Positions 16,261-18,845 of a stretch of 18,845 bases of DNA are shown here, in pieces (the first letter of the stretch is position 1; each line of letters opens with the position of its first letter). Location of the stretch: the IMG/VR virus record IMGVR_UViG_3300015171_000003, one strand, 5' to 3'. A model generated the notes under the pieces. It was not told the DNA's origin and made no database searches. It saw only the letters and a list, made by a program, of their open reading frames with translations. A program made the translations under genes and the position numbers. Source of the DNA: a virus. Lineage: Duplodnaviria > Heunggongvirae > Uroviricota > Caudoviricetes.

Positions 16261-17026
16261 AAAATTTTTTTATTATATTTGTAAATTCATTTGGCAATAA
16301 ATTAAAACAATAATCCCTTATATTATTATCAATTGTATCTATTCCATAATATGCTTCACAAATTCCACCTGCCATTGCACAAATAGTATCAGTGTCTCCA
16401 CCAATATAAATACATTTTTTCATACAATCTACAAAAGAATTTGATATATAAAAACAATATAGTGCCTCTGAAACAGTTCCTTCACAAGTAGCATTTCCAA
16501 TATAATTTTTATGCAAATCTTCTAAATTCTTATCTTTAATGGAAAATCCATATTTTTCTTCTAAATAACTAATTATTATATCTTTATTTTTATCTATTTT
16601 TGCTTTAAAAATAGCCTCTGCAATACAAAGACCTCCTCTAATTCCTTCTAGAGTATTATGGGTGGACTTGCAAGATTTTTCCGCTTCTTTTATCATATCA
16701 GAATATTCTTTATAATAAAATGGAATTGGGGATATTCTCATAGCAGACCCATTTCCAAAACTAGGAATAATTGGCATATCATTAATAAGCCACATTTTAA
16801 ATCTAGAACTAAATCCAGAATTAATATATTTTCTTCCCCATTTCTTAAAACTATCAATATATTGATTATTATTTAATAAACAATCCATCACGGCAATTGT
16901 AAGAACAGTGTCATCTGTAAATCTACAATCCTTGTGTATCAATTCATTACTATTAATATTTTGTTTATTTAATTTTGGACCTTCAAATCTAGATCCTATT
17001 ATGTCACCAATTATACTGCCAATCAT
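16244..17026 (-). CDS. ADP-ribosylglycohydrolase (DraG/ARH family); ATG start at 17026
   Basis: GDIIGSRFE, FTDDTVLT, GNGSAMRISP, THN, GGDTDTICAMAGG motifs. Confidence 0.93.
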   Translation of the reverse strand: MIGSIIGDIIGSRFEGPKLNKQNINSNELIHKDCRFTDDTVLTIAVMDCLLNNNQYIDSFKKWGRKYINSGFSSRFKMWLINDMPIIPSFGNGSAMRISPIPFYYKEYSDMIKEAEKSCKSTHNTLEGIRGGLCIAEAIFKAKIDKNKDIIISYLEEKYGFSIKDKNLEDLHKNYIGNATCEGTVSEALYCFYISNSFVDCMKKCIYIGGDTDTICAMAGGICEAYYGIDTIDNNIRDYCFNLLPNEFTNIIKKFYEQVG

Positions 17027-17032
17027 CAAACA

Positions 17033-17061
17033 ATTATATGATATTGATGGTTACATGTCAA
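17033..17061 (-). promoter_or_regulatory. perfect consensus promoter TTGACA-17-TATAAT
   Basis: -35 at 17061-17056, -10 at 17038-17033, ATG 6 nt downstream. Confidence 0.88.
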
Positions 17062-17099
17062 AATAAAATAACCCAACTTAATTTAAAAATTGGGTTATT
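17058..17099 (-). terminator. intrinsic terminator after HNH gene
   Basis: 10-bp inverted repeat AATAACCCAA/TTGGGTTATT (17099-17090 with 17076-17067) followed by TTATTTT. Confidence 0.65.
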
Positions 17100-17123
17100 C
17101 TACCTTGTAGTTCTGGTGGTGAT

Positions 17124-17759
17124 TTACTTAGCAACAATAAAGTGCTTATGATCTTCATTCCTAATATCCTTAATAATCGCAGAAATAGGCATAGGCACAG
17201 GCTCCTTTGGAATCTTAATCAACTTATAACCAATTTCTTCATTTAACATATGTCCTTTCTTGGAATTCAAGTCCTTGTGACAAAGTACCATATTTGACCA
17301 AGTATTTTGACCGCCCCTTGCTTTTGGAATTACATGATCAATATTAGCAGTACTCTTTGTGAGAAGTTGACCACTGTACTGACAAATAAATTTATCTCGT
17401 TGAGCAATACTCATTTTTGTTGGTCTTGCTTTCTTGACTGGCATCTTTTTGAAATGTACATTAACAATAACAGTAGGGACCCGACATGCTTGCTTTACAC
17501 TAGAAATAGACAAATCCCAAGGTCTAATTGGCAATTTAATCCAATCTTCCCACTTTACAGGATTCATATAAATAATATTGTCAGTTAATGGATTTCCATT
17601 TTCATCCTTCTCATATTCAATGTCAAGAGCATGTGCTGGTGGACATTCATCAGTTCCTCCAGTCATTGCAACAATTGCATCCTTGACACTCAACATTCTA
17701 ATTGGTAGCCAATTTCCATTCAAACTTAATACCACAATCTTATTTACAATCGTACTCAT
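17124..17759 (-). CDS. HNH endonuclease with N-terminal VLSLN..W domain
   Basis: RDKFICQYSG, NIDHVIPKARGG, N.VLC...NSKKG. Confidence 0.9.
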   Translation of the reverse strand: MSTIVNKIVVLSLNGNWLPIRMLSVKDAIVAMTGGTDECPPAHALDIEYEKDENGNPLTDNIIYMNPVKWEDWIKLPIRPWDLSISSVKQACRVPTVIVNVHFKKMPVKKARPTKMSIAQRDKFICQYSGQLLTKSTANIDHVIPKARGGQNTWSNMVLCHKDLNSKKGHMLNEEIGYKLIKIPKEPVPMPISAIIKDIRNEDHKHFIVAK

Positions 17760-17785
17760 ATATTTAATTATTTACTATTTATAAA

Positions 17786-17814
17786 AATATACAACTATTC
17801 TTATAAAAAGTCAA
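17786..17814 (-). promoter_or_regulatory. sigma70-like promoter TTGACT-17-TATATT
   Basis: -35 at 17814-17809, -10 at 17791-17786 upstream of the HNH gene. Confidence 0.6.
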
Positions 17815-17849
17815 TTGTTATTTCGGCATTATTCTTTTATTATAAAATT

Positions 17850-17926
17850 TGGAGCCTAATATCAAAAATCGAATTGATATTTTTGCTTTTACCGAAGCAA
17901 TGTTCTTCCACTTGAACTAATTAGGC
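17850..17926 (-). tRNA. atypical or degenerate tRNA-Thr(GGT)-like, 8-nt anticodon loop and 8-nt T-loop
   Basis: Acceptor GCCTAAT/ATTAGGC, D-arm GTTC/GAAC, TTGCT-TCGGTAAA-AGCAA, ATCAA-TTCGATTT-TTGAT, encoded CCA. Confidence 0.7.
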
Positions 17927-18020
17927 ATATAGACCATTTACTTTGGTCAAAACGGTTAGACTTATATGAAATGCCAGTGGCAGAGCATATCCTGCGTGTA
18001 CTTTGCTGTTCTAACTTGGA

Positions 18021-18269
18021 TTATTCAAAATCATCTAAATGTATCTTAAAAAAATCAACAATCTCTTCCCAAGTTTTAGCACTTTCATTTACTTTTGATC
18101 TATCATCATCATTATCACTCCTATCAAACACTTCTAAAAAATAAGTCCCGTCTTCATTTAAAGAAATGATCTCGCTAATTTCTGAATCACTATAATAATA
18201 AAAATTATCTTCTGGATAATAATTAAAATCACAATATTCTAATATCTCGCGTTGTTTTTCTGTGAACAT
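18021..18269 (-). CDS. acidic hypothetical protein within tRNA cluster
   Basis: 82-aa ORF starting 2 nt after the tRNA-Ser CCA. Confidence 0.7.
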   Translation of the reverse strand: MFTEKQREILEYCDFNYYPEDNFYYYSDSEISEIISLNEDGTYFLEVFDRSDNDDDRSKVNESAKTWEEIVDFFKIHLDDFE

Positions 18270-18271
18270 AA

Positions 18272-18361
18272 TGGCGGAAGTAGTCAGAGTTCAACTGACG
18301 GACCCTTGCGGATCGGCACATTAGCAGTATGCTGTAGAAAAGCGACATCTACGTTACTTCC
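18272..18361 (-). tRNA. tRNA-Ser(GCT), class II, non-canonical D/T loops
   Basis: GGAAGTA/TACTTCC acceptor, G73, CCA, anticodon loop CT-GCT-AA, variable arm with GCAA loop, T-arm GTCAG-TTGAACT-CTGAC. Confidence 0.85.
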
Positions 18362-18439
18362 AATAATCTATAACTATTGTTTGAAATTTTCTTAATAGAT
18401 CAAATCATACGTCATCTATTTAATTTATTTCAAACAAAT

Positions 18440-18525
18440 TGGTAGGAGAAGTGGGATTTAAACCCACGATATCTTGCGATAGATGCTTATGAAACATCTT
18501 GCTTAAATCACTTGCATATTCTCCC
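18440..18525 (-). tRNA. class II tRNA with CAT anticodon (Met/Ile2 anticodon on a Leu-like body)
   Basis: GGGAGAA/TTCTCCT acceptor, A73, CCA, loop TT-CAT-AA, variable arm TATC-GCAA-GATA, T-arm GTGGG-TTTAAAT-CCCAC. Confidence 0.85.
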
Positions 18526-18598
18526 ATAACTTTTCAAAGTATTCTCACAAAAATCGGGTATTTTTTTGGCAAAGCTCCTAAAAATGCAGAAACTGCTT

Positions 18599-18835
18599 CC
18601 GTTCTAATAAACCTACAAAAATCTAAATTCATACTTTTAAATAATAAATTGTTGACTCTTTGTTATCTTCTTGTTTCTTCGGTATCACTTTTTTCTGAAT
18701 TGCTCCAGACCAAGAGGCGATGTCTCCACAAGCGTTAATTCCCGTAGAACTTACGGTATTTTGTCTTAAAAATTCTTCTCCACACTTCTTTAAATTTTTA
18801 GTATCAAAACTATCATTTTTCTTAAAAAATGTCAA
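18599..18835 (-). mobile_element. remnant 3' end and right end of a second IS607/TnpB element (probable omegaRNA region)
   Basis: Translates to a TnpB-like C-terminus (NLKK...NTVSSTGINACGD...KQE) with degenerate RuvC-III and an upstream in-frame TAA; ends ...TTTATTAGAACGG as I recall for IS607 right ends. Confidence 0.6.
18807..18835 (-). promoter_or_regulatory. promoter TTGACA-17-TAGTTT with TGn extension
   Basis: -35 at 18835-18830, TGA then -10 at 18812-18807. Confidence 0.5.
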
Positions 18836-18845
18836 AATATTTTAA

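Noticed and set aside
18260-18440. tRNA-associated HDV-like (theta) ribozymes at tRNA 3' ends
   Set aside because: Sequences after each CCA are AT-rich or coding and show no nested double pseudoknot
502-18738. Plus-strand ORFs in the track (502, 701, 846, 3055, 4400, 4794, 6159, 6235, 6480, 8047, 9563, 11769, 16658, 17307, 18499) and minus-strand 13048, 17578
   Set aside because: Antisense shadows of well-supported genes or tRNAs, with no motifs or start context
18629-18835. 68-aa ORF as an independent gene
   Set aside because: TTG start lies within a -35 box and the peptide resembles a TnpB tail; treated as a mobile-element remnant
1-18845. Alternative genetic code, as in some jumbo phages
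   Set aside because: Genes are full length in the standard code and end in TAA, TGA and TAG; no systematic in-frame stops

Overview
AT-rich (roughly one quarter GC, estimated by eye) segment of a large T4-like/jumbo dsDNA phage genome. Nearly all genes are on the minus strand in the standard genetic code, with no Shine-Dalgarno sites and several consensus sigma70-type promoters immediately upstream of start codons. Recognisable genes: two GT4-type glycosyltransferases, a short terminase-like ATPase, a Sir2 deacylase, an Fe-S PD-(D/E)XK (Cas4/AddB-like) exonuclease, an intact IS607 element (TnpA plus TnpB), an Apyc1-like MBL-fold cyclic-nucleotide phosphodiesterase, a dNMP kinase, a clamp-loader small subunit, DUF4326, a DinG-like helicase, a lone plus-strand SPRY-domain gene, a DNA methyltransferase, an ADP-ribosylglycohydrolase, an HNH nuclease and the edge of a tRNA cluster. 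Most unusual observations: (1) a 41-nt, frame-breaking, hairpin-containing insertion bounded by matched ATT codons in the conserved N-terminus of a glycosyltransferase, embedded in a long RNA rod with an alternative fold (candidate translational-bypass, recoding or mini-intron element); (2) tRNAs with compensatory changes of the normally invariant G19-C56 elbow pair, one a class II (Leu-like) body with a CAU anticodon; (3) a SPRY cassette flanked by 33-bp direct repeats and carrying a C10 tract; (4) a promoter-driven TnpB 3'-remnant that looks like a stand-alone omegaRNA locus.
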